The notes below the pieces were generated by a model, which ran no database searches, was not told where the DNA came from, and saw only the letters and a list, made by a program, of their open reading frames with translations. The translations under genes and the position numbers were made by a program. A stretch of 64,000 bases of DNA from assembly GCA_036172245.1 (NCBI GenBank), contig JAYWIR010000005.1, forward strand, positions 5,704,001 to 5,768,000, written 5' to 3'. Source of the stretch: Raillietiella orientalis (lineage: Eukaryota). Positions 1-12,528 of this stretch are shown piece after piece. Within the stretch, counting starts at the first letter, position 1; each line of letters opens with the position of its first letter.

Positions 1-2469
1 AATGTGAGCCAAAAAAAAAAATTTTAAGGAAAACACTTTCAAACAGAAAACGCACCAGAAAAGGATGATTAATCTTCAATTGTGTGCTTTCCAATAACAA
101 GCGTTCCTTCATACCATTACGAGAAAATGCGCTTATATGATGAGCATAATGCACACAGATGTAAATAACACTTTCCCTTTGCCTCGAAGCAGCCAAGGGC
201 ATCTCTAATTGTGCTAATAGTAAATCACTCAAACGAGATTCGATTTGGTCATAAAGTTCCTCTCGTTTTTAATTTTCAGGAAGATTCCTCAAAGTTTCTC
301 AAGGCAGCAGCAAATGGGAAGCAGCAGCAATTTCCGTTGCCTTTAGCATGCTGCTCGTGTTCTGAATCAGTGGTCCGGCGGCTCGGATCTGTGCTTGAAA
401 CCCCCCAGAATGATGCACTCGGCTCCGAGAATGAGTAGGGAAACACCCCTTCAGTCCCTTTCTGGCACTCCCATTCCAACGTGTCCCGGGTTCGCTCCGT
501 CGACCACGTTTGAGTACTTCTTCGGATGCATCCTCTGTCCTGCGTGTGGGATCTCACGACCGACCCGTTCCGTGTCCGAATCAAAGGCAGGAGCATAATC
601 CCAGAACCCGGAGAAGAAAGCTTCGGTTCGACCATTTGAGGTCGTGAATCGTCACAGTCGTACAGCATGAGCGTTCCTAAACAAGAAATTGGAAACCCAT
701 TCTTCGTTACTATAATAAGGGTAGTTGCTGCTTTTGAGCCGACCGCAACATATAAAAGCAATCATCGTGTCGCATTTCTCAAGAACTAATCAACAAAAGA
801 CAATGAGCTCTTGCTTTTTACGTTATCAACATGGAGAATTATTACTATTATTATGTTCACATTAGGAATACTTGAGCTAACCCACTGTTACAGGCTATTT
901 TGCTCCTGCTTTCAAGCATCACCAAAAGCCTTTCATTGTTGACAGAAACTGGAAAGCAAGGGGTAAGGATTAATTTACAATGTCCAACAAGCCATCTGTG
1001 GAAGCAGCAGCTCTCAGCAATTAACAGAGCATCCACTAAAGAAGAATGCTCACACGAGTAATAAAGTCGATCCGGGTAGCAGAATGCGAGCGAAAGCAAG
1101 GAACGACTGGAACAGGGGAACGCCGAATTCCCATCCTTCGGAAGAGGACACGCGCGTTTCACAAACAGCCAATGAAACAAATTGCACAACCAGTATCACG
1201 GGAAGCAGGAATAAGAAGAAGAAGAAAAAAGCAAATGAGTGTCTTCCAAGACCGAGTCTGCGTGGAAGCTTGAGGAAAACTACGCGAATTTTTCATCCCA
1301 AATTTCCTGGAAATTCGCAGCTTCAGGACCTGCACGGATGCCATCCTCGAGAGCAACAGCAGCGGAGTGCAGCAGAACAATGAAACAACTTCAAGGTTCT
1401 CTTTTGTTCCACTCTTCTCGTGGTGCAGCAGATCGGATTACTCTGTCTATTAACAGAGGAGCACTTGGCACAGAATCTGGCCAAAATTAACCCACTCTTG
1501 TAATGAAGTCCTGTTTGTTGACAAACAGATCACTTACATTTCTCGAATACCATCCTTTCTAGTGCCATATCCTTGCGCAAACTCCAGGAATGGGTGACCC
1601 TGCATTCGCAACCGTCGGCAACGCCATCTATGCACTTAGCGGTAAACTGCGCTTAGGCCTGCACTCATGAATGCCCCATGCCTCATTGCTCAAGTACTTG
1701 AAGGAGCTCTGTATAGGTACAGTATGCTAAAAGGAAAAGAAAAAAAAAACCTCGTTTCTTCTTTTAATTCAAAATCGTTCCTGAAAAGACCGCATTAAGC
1801 GCTGTACATCGAAGATCCATCTTGAATTTGAGATGTTTCTCAATAGATGCCATGCAAATTGATTTCCGGATGGCTCCTCGCTGTTCAACACATTTCTGGT
1901 GCTTGGAAGAACTCTTGTGAGAATGAGCAGGAAAAAGATGAGATCCTATGCAGTTCTGAAAATTCAAGTTTGACGGCACAGTTTCTCTTCCAGCCGACTT
2001 TCCACAGTAAGAGACGAGCGGGAGCGACTGATTGTCCATATGGTTAATCATTTTTCACTTACACAGGACTTGGTGGCGAAAAAGTTCTCGAGCTTTGTTT
2101 CTGGAAGAAATGTACTGGATTTCAAGGAAAGGGTAGTCCCGCAGTACACAACACACACTCATAAAGTCCATGCATACAAGGAATGCTACACCACCTCCGG
2201 TTCACCACCTGTTTTTGGATCGTCTAGTCTTGCCTTCCCCCCAAAACGGCCCATTTGTAGTCCTTATGCGCAGTGGATGTACAAGAGTAGACTGGACACG
2301 TGAAACCGGAAAGCGATCCGCAGAACAAGAAATCTGCAGCATGCAGTTCGACTGTAGTTTCCATCATCTCTGTAAATACATACAGATGCAAAGTGCATAT
2401 GTACGTGGACGTACCCGATCTTCGGTCATCTCCAGAGATGCGATCCTTGAAACTCCTGTAAGAAACAGA

Positions 2470-3215
2470 AATGGCTGCATCCTTCAATATCCATAGCAAG
2501 ACCCGGAGTACTTTTCGAAGATGATTAACTCCCTATCGAAAGAGGGAGGCCGTCTCGACGGAGTCAAAGTGGTGAAACGCAGCCTCCCTTGGGAGAGCTG
2601 GACTTTTGCATTCATCCCACAAAGTCTTCGCTTGCGACAGGAAGTCTCGGGTCACATCGCGTGCACGCATCCTGTGTTACACGACATGCTAGGAAGACGA
2701 TTCAACGAAACGGGGGGTGCTCCGCCTTCTGTCCTACTGCTGAAGGTTGTCCTAGGGGCAACGCCACCTAGCAGGATTCCACGGCAGCTGAGATCAACGA
2801 AAACTCAGTGATGCACAGGTAAGAAAACTGGGTGAGGGAAACGGTATCCTCGGACAACCTTCGTGCTTTGCGGAAAGTGTGTAACCCTCAGTGTAATTGG
2901 AAAGCAAAAGAGAGGGTCTTTTTTTTTGCTGTCTATGGTAACCAGGGAGTGTTCCCCCTAAGAGTAAAGACTTGTCCACAATGCTTTTTCTCGAACAGTG
3001 AAAACAAAAAAAAAATTTCGTTCGAAGAATGCAATCGTGCTCTGTCTAATTTCATCTGCAAGGCGATGTGCCCAGGTTCCAGACAAAAACAGGCTGCTAA
3101 AGGTGCTGCGGGAGTGTCAAAGTCTGAAAATCAGAAGCACGTTGAAGAGTCAGAGGATGAAGTTTCTGGGAGTGAATGAAGTGTTTTCTTGCCTTCAGTG
3201 CCTTGGACGGATCTC
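2470..3215 (+). mobile_element. Decayed RTE-clade LINE, 3' end of ORF2 (fragmented across frames)
   Basis: Degenerate motifs occur in the expected order: CILQYP*QD (cf. ILxIxWQD), VKVVKRSLP (cf. EVLxRAxLP), SLRLRQ..SGHIA (cf. RQLRWxGHV), SRIPRQL (cf. RIPKQL), GKRY/DNLRALRKVCNPQCNW (cf. KRYKDxLKxxLKxCNIxxxxW), AKGA, then CxxC. Stops and frameshifts are present. Recognised by eye. Confidence 0.55.
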
Positions 3216-3319
3216 ATGACCACCAGCGCGAGATGCTCCCATCCACGCCCAAATGGGCGAGTGAAGGTTAGCTGTCATCTCTTGAAGCGGCGTTGCAAGC
3301 TCCACCGTGGAGCCACTGT

Positions 3320-3530
3320 GATTCGTGTCAAGCCGGCTTCGCCTGGGCAGTATCTTCTCAGTCGTGGGAGTTTTGTCTCATCGCTTCTGACTTTCAGGCT
3401 GTGACATTTCCTCAGCACCTTTAGCAATCCGTTTTTGTCGGCAAAAGCAGGGAGCCCTTCCTGATTTCCAAGATTCAAAAGGACAACGCTTGAGTCAGTC
3501 TGAGTCAAAGTATTCGGATCCATGAAGATC
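3320..3530 (-). mobile_element. Second decayed RTE-like 3' tail, convergent with the copy at 2470-3215
   Basis: The minus strand reads LKRCPFESW...RIAKGAEE..ESQKR and RYCPGEAGL. Positions 3383-3439 are the reverse complement of 3082-3138 at 48/57 identity. Confidence 0.5.
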
Positions 3531-5619
3531 ATTCCAGGGGTGAAGACAACTGGTGTCGACTGATTGCATCGGACGGAAGAGTTGGTTAGCAAAGTTGGTC
3601 AAAAGGCTAAGGGATGACCCGCTAAATTATCACGAAATTATGTCATTAATCAAGCCGTGATCTTTATAATACCAGAACAGGGGGTGTTTCGCAGACCAGT
3701 CCTTTCTTGCAACACGACCACCTCAGCAAGAATGTCCTTTGGTTATTGCAACGGTCCCCAAACCTTAGAGAGGCCTTTTTTAAAGTTGAACGCAAGAAAC
3801 TATCTACTTTTAGGTTTTCAGAGGGACTTCTACGAAACACCTCATACATTTTCGTTTGCAGACCGAGCAGGCAGCAGGTTTTGCCTCTGTACCATCCGTT
3901 CTACACACGGTTCAAGTGCACAGTCAATCATTTTTGATCGGAGATTCTTCTTACGATGGGAGCTCATCCTAGAGTTTCTGGAGTACGGTGGAATGGAAAG
4001 GAAATTCAGGCTTCCATTCTCACTTTAATGTTCACGCGCTTGCCAGACTCAGCACCTGCCTGGTACCCCTAGGAGAAGCTGAAGATGACGGGCACCAGCA
4101 TGCCACCTACTTGGAGGCACGATGCTCCTTCTCCGTATGCACAGGTTGTTATGCGCTATAGAAGCTAACTCGAGCTAACACCATACCTTTTCATTTCTCC
4201 ACCAAAACAAAACCAAAGCATCTACGCGAGGGAAAAGGATGTTCCTCGGTCTTCATCCACAACCAGTTTTGGAAGTGAGGCTGGAATGTGCCATCCTAAC
4301 AGCTGAAATGATGGAGACATGAAACTTATCCGTGGCGATGATGATATAGAGAATAACGCTGATGGGAACATCCGTGGATTGCAAAAGTAGCACAAGATAT
4401 GATGCTGTCTGTAGTAATATTGATCCAGATGATGCTAGCCGAGCCTGTATTCTCAACTGCAATCATCGTGGAAGAAACCATAGCAACGGTAAGAGGAGCA
4501 CGGCAATGAGAATTCCTACTCTCACGAGTGCTCAGGGTGTAGCTAAGGGCTCCGATTAATAAGAGAAGAATGGCGCATCACAAAAAAAGGCAGGAACGGT
4601 GCTGACTATGCTGATGCTGTTTGAGGGATCTGACAATGTCTGTCACGCTAAAGAATGGGGAAGAAGGGGTAATAGGGACATCCCTTGTCTCCCATAGCGT
4701 CTTTCTTTCAAGGAAGCCCTACTTCGACCGTGGAAACGAAATGGGACATTGGCAGTGTGCTCGTGGAAAGAGGCTGGAAAGTTGCATGCACTTAGTTCTT
4801 CTCAGACAGAGCTTAGCAGCATGGAAAAGTCTTTTATCAGCTGATCTGGTAACTTCCCGCAAGCTGGGTAGGGATGCTTCTCAAAAGTTAATGGTGAGGC
4901 TACCCATGGACCTTTGCCATAATGTCGCATCTTCAGTGCCAAGCATAAAGTAAGCCACAGATTGAATAACTGGTCGGTAAGCGCTTATTCATTCGTGCTT
5001 GGAAACGAAATTCCCCCCACGAGAAGCGTTCTCATTTCTGGAGACAAATAAACAGCTGCTTTAGGAACTGAAAAGGGATATCTTAGCCGCCGAGAACCAC
5101 TGGTTCATGCAAGAAAGATGCGTGAATCAAGTGCAAGTGGCATGCGCTGTGGCACATGCATCTTCCTGCCTCTGGACCTTAAAGAAGTATCCAATCCAGA
5201 TTAGCGGAAACCTTTGGGAGCCGTCTCCTACTTCCCGTGTTCACCTTCCGTTAGGAGGTGACATGGAGACGCGTCGAATTCCATTCTCTGCTTCGACTTT
5301 CTTTCGAAAGTTTGCAATAGGGAGAAGGGTGAGAATTCTGATTGGGATGCAGAATCTCCTGCGGAAAATATGCGCATCCGTCAAGCAGAACCCAGAGTGG
5401 CAGCATGATTCCAGAACACTCCCACTTTGATCTCACCAGCATCTCTTTGGGCACGAACTCATCTGCGCGTCACCAGAACTGCGACCTCCTTGTTTGATGC
5501 ACAAATCTGAGTGTTCGTCGTGTTGCGACAATGGACGTCCCAAATGTAATTCATAAGAAGGATCTCCAGTACGACAGAGAAAGGATGATGATGAATCTCT
5601 GTTTGATTGCGAGCACCAT

Positions 5620-6575
5620 GAATACAAAAAGGCCAAGACGAAGCCAACTCGGATGTGTCGAATTCCTATGCCACGAGTGACAGCCTCCGAGGAAGCGCAG
5701 CATCAACCATGATTGACGATTGATCTCGGCATGATCACAATGAGTTGACAAAATGGGAGGAAGCAACCAATCTGCATACATCAAAGGGGTCACACAGAAT
5801 GCATCGATGCCAAGCGTGAGGAGTGACAGCTCTGGACTTGATGGCGATCAATTGCAAGTGTCCCCTTGAATTCAACCGGTGGACTTTAAGGAATTATGCG
5901 ACTGCAGTTTTACGGTCGCAGATTGCTTGCTCCTTTGATTGCATCTGCGCGGAAGAGATGTCATAAAGGCACTGCACACCGTTCACTGAGGATTGCCCAT
6001 ACAAAGGACTGGGTGGCAGAAGAATGAGGTGATCCACGAAAGGGATATTCGAGAGATGTAAGGCAAGGCATTGCTTTGGGCAGTTTCCTCAGATGTTGCC
6101 TCGAGTAACTACGAGATGTGCAGAGGAACCAACAAGTCATCCTTCCCCTAAAGTCTTTCCAGTAGCCTGTGCACCATAGAAGGCAGTGTGTGTGTGTGTT
6201 TCGTGACTTATGTGATACATCCTAACGCAATTTCTTCCGCTACCTTTGGCACCGTGCTGTTCCCCAAGATAAATCTGGGACTTATGGCGTCAAACGGAAA
6301 TATTCGGATGCGATCGTTCATCTCGTTTGCGAGGGAATGCACGCGCGCTGGAATGAAAATGCTACAATCACTCCGAAGATTCCACAAAAGAGTGATATCC
6401 GCCGTGCATTCATGGTGACAAGAGAAGCAGAATGCGTCTGCTTCCCTGGCTCGCTGGCATTCAAGAACCATTGGTGAAAGCAACAAAGCCTTTATGGCTT
6501 TTTCTGCGAGCACTTTCTGCTCCAGCCGTTGATCATTTAACAACGGTATCAACGGGCAGATGCTTCCAGGGGATC
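5620..6575 (-). mobile_element. Decayed CR1/L2-like LINE reverse transcriptase, C-terminal half
   Basis: Ordered on the minus strand: PGSICPLIPLLND (cf. PQGSxLxPxLFxIYIND), EADAFCF (cf. FADD), LWNL, FILGNSTVPKVAEEIALG (cf. LGNxxLxxVxEEKDLG), PLMYADWLLPP..E..Q..R..G (cf. PxLEYAxxVWxP...LExVQRR), WLRLGL. Confidence 0.55.
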
Positions 6576-9095
6576 GCGAGTGCAGTATTTCATCCAGAAT
6601 TCTCTCTTCTCAGCCATTTTTTCTTTTTTTTTTTTTTCCTCCTCCCTTTGGAAGTGAATGAGCTGCTCTCGTGCTCAGCGCACGAACGCACGCGTTTCCA
6701 AAATGATGTCGTGTGACCAGATCCACTCGCACGGGCATTGGCAGCGGATGCAGAACGGTGGCTGCTGCAGCGAGCGCTGCTTGCCTTTTGCGCCTTGCTC
6801 TGTTCCAAGCTGGAGGACTGTAGTTCAGGTAGATGTTGGGCAAGAGATCAATCCCAACGAGTTTTCTTTACTTCCGCATCCATTCGCAGCTCTTATCGAG
6901 AGTCGCCTAGGCTTGCGGATGCTCTTAATGGGTTCCTCGCAAGCCTTGTCTCCATCGGAGGCCCCGAAGCGACGCAGATCCCCATGAACTAAAGTTCTCC
7001 TAGGCACATCAAGTTAAAGTCGGTGCTCCTTGATGACGGGACATCATGCCCATTCGTTCGCTATCGAGGAATCTGCCATGGGAGACATCAGTAAAGCAGA
7101 TTCCAGCAGGGGGGAAATTTGCCGTTTTCTGGCTGATGTCTCACAGGAATCAGCGTGTCGCCTTCTGCAGCCGTAGTGAATGCTGACGACGAGGAAGATC
7201 AACGTTTGGAAGCGAGGGCGGTTCGAACTCGTAGACAGTCAAAAATCTAATTTGGGGGAGAATGCATGGAACTGTTGGTAAAAATGGCTCCAGTGAATGA
7301 TCAACAGAGATCATTAAGTATTGTGTGGCTCTAGATGTTCTTTTAGGCAATTAAGTCCATGAATTCGAAGAGCATTCTCTGTAAAGGAAGAAAAACCGGC
7401 AAATGGTCTGGTTAGGTAGTTGACCTCAAAGTTAATCGAGAGAATCAATCAGCTGGGGTCAGGACACATGCAGGCACTTCGCTCGTTCGTTTGAATGCAG
7501 GAACCCCTCCTTGCTATCAACTGCAGGAGGACTTGGCGGCATCTAGAAGGACCGTTCTTCTGGAAAGTGACCTGCAATCCATCAGCTGCAGATTGCTGGT
7601 GGCAAATAATCCTGAGACTGAATTCTCAACGTCATGAATTCTGAAAGAAAACCCTGCTCCTTGCAACGGAGAGCTAAGGAAGGAGTTCAGATCAATCAGC
7701 AGACACCAAGATGGACTGAAAAGCAAAATGGTGAAATCAGCAAATTCACGGCTGGGTTTCTGCCCAGCCGTGAGTTGGTTTCCTGCCTGCTACTTGCGTG
7801 AGTTTTTAAGACTTCGAGGATGACTATTTACATCAGTCTGTTTACTGAAACTCGAGAAGCCTGCTTTTTGTTTGGAACGTTCCAGAAGCAGGAAGATAAC
7901 ACGAGGATGAGATTACGGGGAAAGTGCATCCAGACCACCTTAAGGTGAGCCTCCTAACACAAAGGGACTTGCACGAATGAGAGATCGGCAATATCATGTG
8001 TCTTGGAGATGACCATGCCGAGATTCAACCATTATTCGAAATCGCGAAAATGCCTTAGGCGTTTCCTATTGATGATGCCAACTACGCGTTTTTGGTCTCC
8101 TTGCGACTTCAGAAAATCACAGATTCATTTTCACTCCGATTCCATTCAACCAATTAGGGATTCTTTTTTCTTATTCTGTAAGGATGAAAAGCTAAAGCCT
8201 GATGATCTCTGGAGATCTTAGTGAGTGAAATACCTCCACAGGTTACTATGAAAAGTCCACGAACAAGTTCGAAGGGAGCTTCGTCCTGTAAAAACATACT
8301 TGCTTACTGGAAAATTTTAGGAATCGATTCCAGGCTGCTAGGAACCCAGGTCAGAGACTGGACTGAACATCCCTTTTACAGCTCGATGAGGAAGGGGAAT
8401 GCTTGAAACTTGGTGCAGGAACAGGTATCGCGAAGGAAGTTTCCTCTCGATTCCTTCTTCTCTGTCGAAGGATCCATTCGAGCGGTGAAGCAAAAGTGGA
8501 TGGCGGATAGCCATTTTCTTCTGACCCCTCCTGAGCCTCTCTTGCAGGGAGAGTGACAACCCCCAAACCTCAACCTTGTTTGCTTTCCTGCACTGAGATT
8601 CCTTCTCCTTTCACCTCGCCTTCCCTTCAAAGATGAGGATAGTCTGCTTGTTCATGCTTGGAGGGGAAGTGTCTTTCGAATCATTCGTGTCCTGGAATGG
8701 TCTGGCCTGCATATCTAGCAACGCCATGACCACAGGTACATTGGCCCCTTCTCCACTGCAAAGGGCAAGCTAGATCGAGCCTTCCATTTCTCTTCAGAAA
8801 GGCGACCAAGTCTCTTCAAGAGCGGGTGCGACTAAGATCGCAAATGCCAACTAGAATAACGACCATCATCAGAGGTATTTCTTTCTTGGTTGGCTGAGTT
8901 CCTCAAGAACCGTCGCGCGCTTGGAGGCCCACTCAGCTCTTTCACTCTGTTCCACGCCACTCGAGAGTGAGTGTAATTCTTCAAGATAGGGGGTATCCCG
9001 GGGGGGGATCGCCCTGCGAACCCATGAGCGGCTCCAGGGAAGACAGTCCGTTCGCTTCTCGCCTGGGGAGGGATCCCTCCACCCCGGTTGTCTTC

Positions 9096-9294
9096 GAAGA
9101 GAACCCAGAAGGGAATCTCCTTCCTTATTCTCTCCGTAAGGACCCCTGGAGGGGTCCGCTCTATTTTTCTTCTCCACAGAGAACCCGGAAAGGATCCGCT
9201 ATTAGGAATTTCTTCTTCGGAAGGAACACACAAGGGAATCGCTCCTGTTTCCTCCTCTGAAGGGAATTCCGAAAGGACGCTCTCCAATTTCTCT
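9096..9294. repeat. Degenerate ~40-bp tandem array (5 units) inside the dispersed repeat
   Basis: Units of 40, 40, 43, 40 and 36 bp, e.g. GAAGAGAACCCAGAAGGGAATCTCCTTCCTTATTCTCTCC and GTAAGGACCCCTGGAGGGGTCCGCTCTATTTTTCTTCTCC. Each has a purine-rich half followed by a pyrimidine-rich half. Confidence 0.7.
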
Positions 9295-9490
9295 GGAGGA
9301 AGGCACGCTTCTCTGCGCTCTGGAGAGGCATCATCAATCCAACATCTCCATGGTACGAGACGGAGGATCCCCCCTGATAGAGAGTTCACTCCTTTGCACA
9401 ACAGGAGAGGAACTCCTGCTCCTTGATTCCTGGAAGAACACGGAGGTCGACTCCCATCGTCCCAGCCACCCATCGGGGGCATCCGAATGA
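9096..9490 (+). repeat. Dispersed composite repeat family, copy 1 (lacks the B-box end)
   Basis: Colinear similarity to 15051-15450 (shared CCTTATTCTCTCCG, CCCGGAAAGGATCCGCT, CCGAAAGGACGCT, CCTGGAAGAAC) and to the reverse complement of ~10420-10730. Strand is relative only. Confidence 0.85.
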
Positions 9491-10231
9491 ATGTAGGCCA
9501 AACAGCGTTGAGGGAGGAACTCGGAACCTGCGACGCACCCCTATCTCTCTGTGTCGATTCTTTCCGAGTATTCAAAACCGCGACATTTAGTGGTGCCACG
9601 CGCAGAACCCTCAACCACGGTCTCCGACGCATTTGATGAAGTATTTCTTTCTGATTTTGCTGGAGGGAAGAGGAAGGATCAGAAGAACTTTCCCATCCAG
9701 TGCGGTTCCTGCAAGGTCGTGGTCGCGAGCTCTGCCAGATTCGAAGTCTCACAAAGACAAAAATACCACCAACCCCTTCTGGGTAGCCAATGAAAACCAA
9801 GCGCAGTCCGTTGTTTCTCGGATGCGCTCCTTCTAGAGAAACAGAAATCCGTCCCGCAATGCCACTTCAGCATGGAGCAGCCCCGTTCACTCCATCCCAT
9901 CGATATCCAGCAGAAGGAAAGAAACGCACGGCTCGGGTCCAAAGTGCCAGTAGAACGAGGGGACGCTCTCTTGCAGCCCGTGCACACGTCTTCCTCTCGC
10001 GTTTCTTCCGGAATTCATGAAATTTCCCTGTTCAGTGGAACGGTTCCAGGGCTCTTGGGAGAAAAGTCCATGTTCAGCTGAAGGAAGCGGATTCCGAGGT
10101 TGCTTTGAGCCAAAAGAGGTCAAAAATCATAGGCGCAAGCTAGGATTCGTGTACCAGAGTTCTGTTCCTCGGTCATTGCTGATGTCCTTTCGCAAGTTTG
10201 CTCCGGTCGCCGGGGTCAGTGTAAGCGCCAA

Positions 10232-10730
10232 CTAGTAAGCCGTGCCCGGAATATCAGGAACGCGGCACACGTTGGAGGCCGTAGTTCACCAAGCTCTGCG
10301 GGTTCGAATCCCCACGTGGAGGATCGCCGCCAAGCATGGAGGATGCGTCGTGGGTTTGGAGTCTTTCTCGAGGGATGACACTGGCTGGCCGATAGGCTTC
10401 GGAGGCACTGGGGGAATCCGGATGCCCCGTTGGCTGGCCGGGATTGGAAGTGGACCCTCCGGGGTTCTTCCAGGAACCAATGAGCCCTTCCGCCCCCTCG
10501 GAAGGACCTTCCATTGCGTACCGTGGAGCTGATTGATATCTCCCTCGGGGGTTGCCTCTTCAGAGTGATAAGAAGAGGCCCTTCAGGGAAAATTCGGAAG
10601 CGTCCCTTAGGAGTTCTTTTCAGAAGAGTAACAAAGAGCGGTTCCCTTGCAGGTTCCCTCCGGAGAAGACGGAGGAGTGGTCCCCTCCGAGGGCCTCTCA
10701 GGAGAAAATAAGGAAGTGCTTCCTTTCGAG
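10232..10730 (-). mobile_element. Dispersed composite repeat family, copy 2 (inverted); non-autonomous element, tRNA-SINE-like or Helitron-like
   Basis: The reverse complement aligns with copy 3 over ~450 bp (e.g. CCGGATTCCCCCAGTGCCTCCGAAG, CATCCTCCATGCTTGG, GGATTCGAACCC). It contains a perfect Pol III B-box GGTTCGAATCC at 10301-10311 on the + strand. An imperfect GC hairpin (10239-10266) lies next to CTAG (10232-10235). Confidence 0.75.
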
Positions 10731-11018
10731 GTTCCATTCGGGGATATCAGGATATCAGCAATGCCATGAGATAACATTTGAAGAGTCCCTTCTACCTTCA
10801 CTGCTTCTGGCTGTTTTTTTCTCACGAGGAATGGTCAAATCGATCGCTTTCGTTGGCTGCCTGAAGCAACAGGTGGGGATCATGCAGACTGAACTCTTTT
10901 CTGGTCCGACTTCCAACCCTTGCTGCGTCCTATATCAGAGGACAAGGACAGGTAAGTTTTCCAAATGTTATGACGCTTTTACATATTAAGAATGATTTCT
11001 TGTTACGCGGGCTGCACT

Positions 11019-11059
11019 CCTCTTTCTGAACTCTGGACCTCTTTCTGGACTCTGGACCT
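11019..11059. repeat. 19-bp tandem duplication
   Basis: CCTCTTTCTGAACTCTGGA is followed by CCTCTTTCTGGACTCTGGA (1 mismatch). Confidence 0.8.
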
Positions 11060-12487
11060 GGAATCCAGGTTTGAGGGGAGATCGGTTTTTCCTCCCTTTC
11101 ACGCTTTCAGCGCCATCTCGTTGGTGAAAACGACATTCATGAAGATCAGCTCATCTTACCGTGACTGATGACGGTGGCGAAAGCATTTCTTCTGGCGGTT
11201 TAGTTGTTTTGTGGAACAATTAAGCGAATGACCGCTCGATAAAGAACGATGAGCATTGGGATTTACCGCTCTGATTGAGGTTCTCGGAAGACTGCCATTG
11301 GTAAGGGTGGGTACACGCTTTAAGTGTCTTCCTCTTTGTGAACGATCCAGAGTTTACGATAGTGTTCATTATCAATAAAGACATATGGTAGGAAAATTTT
11401 TTTCCTGTGCACTGAAGACACTCCTTTTTGGATCCCGAAGGCAGTAGCAAAGTCCTCTCAAAAATGCAGGTGCTAAGTGGAATTTCAACAGAAGTATTGA
11501 ACACATCTCTATCATAGGAATGTCTCCTATGGTAGGAACAAAGTTCCAGTTGAATTGCATTCTCTCGAATACAGCAAGGATGCTTGCTTTACACTACTGT
11601 CTAGGAATGTTCATCTCTTATAATGAACTCTGAGGCCACTAATATAGAGAGCATCCCGTCGACTACATGGCAACAAGATGTGCTCCCAGCTTTGATCGAT
11701 TTTGATATCAAACTAGAGATATTCGGTGTATAGATATTAGTTTTCGAGGTCCTCCTCTGCATACAATCGGTCAATTCTTTTTCCCCTTTTGCTAATCATC
11801 CTCTGTAGTTTGCTCTCAGTCGTTACTCTGTGGTCACCAGCACGCAGGGTGCGTTTCTGAAACCTAATGGAACGTGTATGTTTGTAGTTGCATCTTGAAA
11901 AGGTGGACCTGAGCACTTTGATTCATCCCTCTCAAAGTGTGGGTGAGCTACCGAGGCATCGACCATGGGTGATTTGAGTGGCGCATTGCCTGAAAAGTTG
12001 AAAGAGCAAAACTGCTCTTTTAGTGCTTTGTTTGTGGCTGGGTTTCGGAAAAATAGGGTTTTTTTTTTTATCAATTTCTTGTAGAATGCGTTCTGGCGCT
12101 TTTTTTGACCTCACTCCTTCTTGCTGAGTTCTTCTTACGCATCTCAAATCGAAAAAAGGCCACAAATTGATTTCTGGGCACCACCGGCTGGTAAGAAAAA
12201 AATTCTTTCGGCCTTTCTCGAGTTTTCGAGGAATACTTTTTTTTTTTTTAAACCCTTTTTTTCTTTCTGGTTGGGAACTGCCTTTGCGTATCTTGGCAAA
12301 CAAAGGAAACCATTCCTGCATGAGGCAGTCTGGGAATCTTGTCAAAAACTGCGAAAAAGAAATTCCCAGTAAAAATTTTGACGGGAAACTCAAGAGTGAT
12401 CAATCCAGGAAATGCATATCATTTACACTGAAGTAAGCATTCCTTTGGAATCAGACTTCGGGACAGCATACCAGAGGATGCGAAGCA

Positions 12488-12528
12488 CTTCATAGCAACT
12501 GGTGGTCTTGACATCAGTTGCTATGAAG
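12488..12528. repeat. Perfect 14-bp inverted repeat / hairpin
   Basis: CTTCATAGCAACTG - GTGGTCTTGACAT - CAGTTGCTATGAAG. Confidence 0.9.

Noticed and set aside
9096..9294. Regularly spaced repeats as a possible CRISPR array
   Set aside because: The units are degenerate tandem copies without identical repeats or unique spacers. The context is eukaryotic with no cas genes.
8832..9800. 322-aa ORF on the minus strand
   Set aside because: It runs through the dispersed repeat and its 40-bp array, and the frame is not maintained in the other copies.
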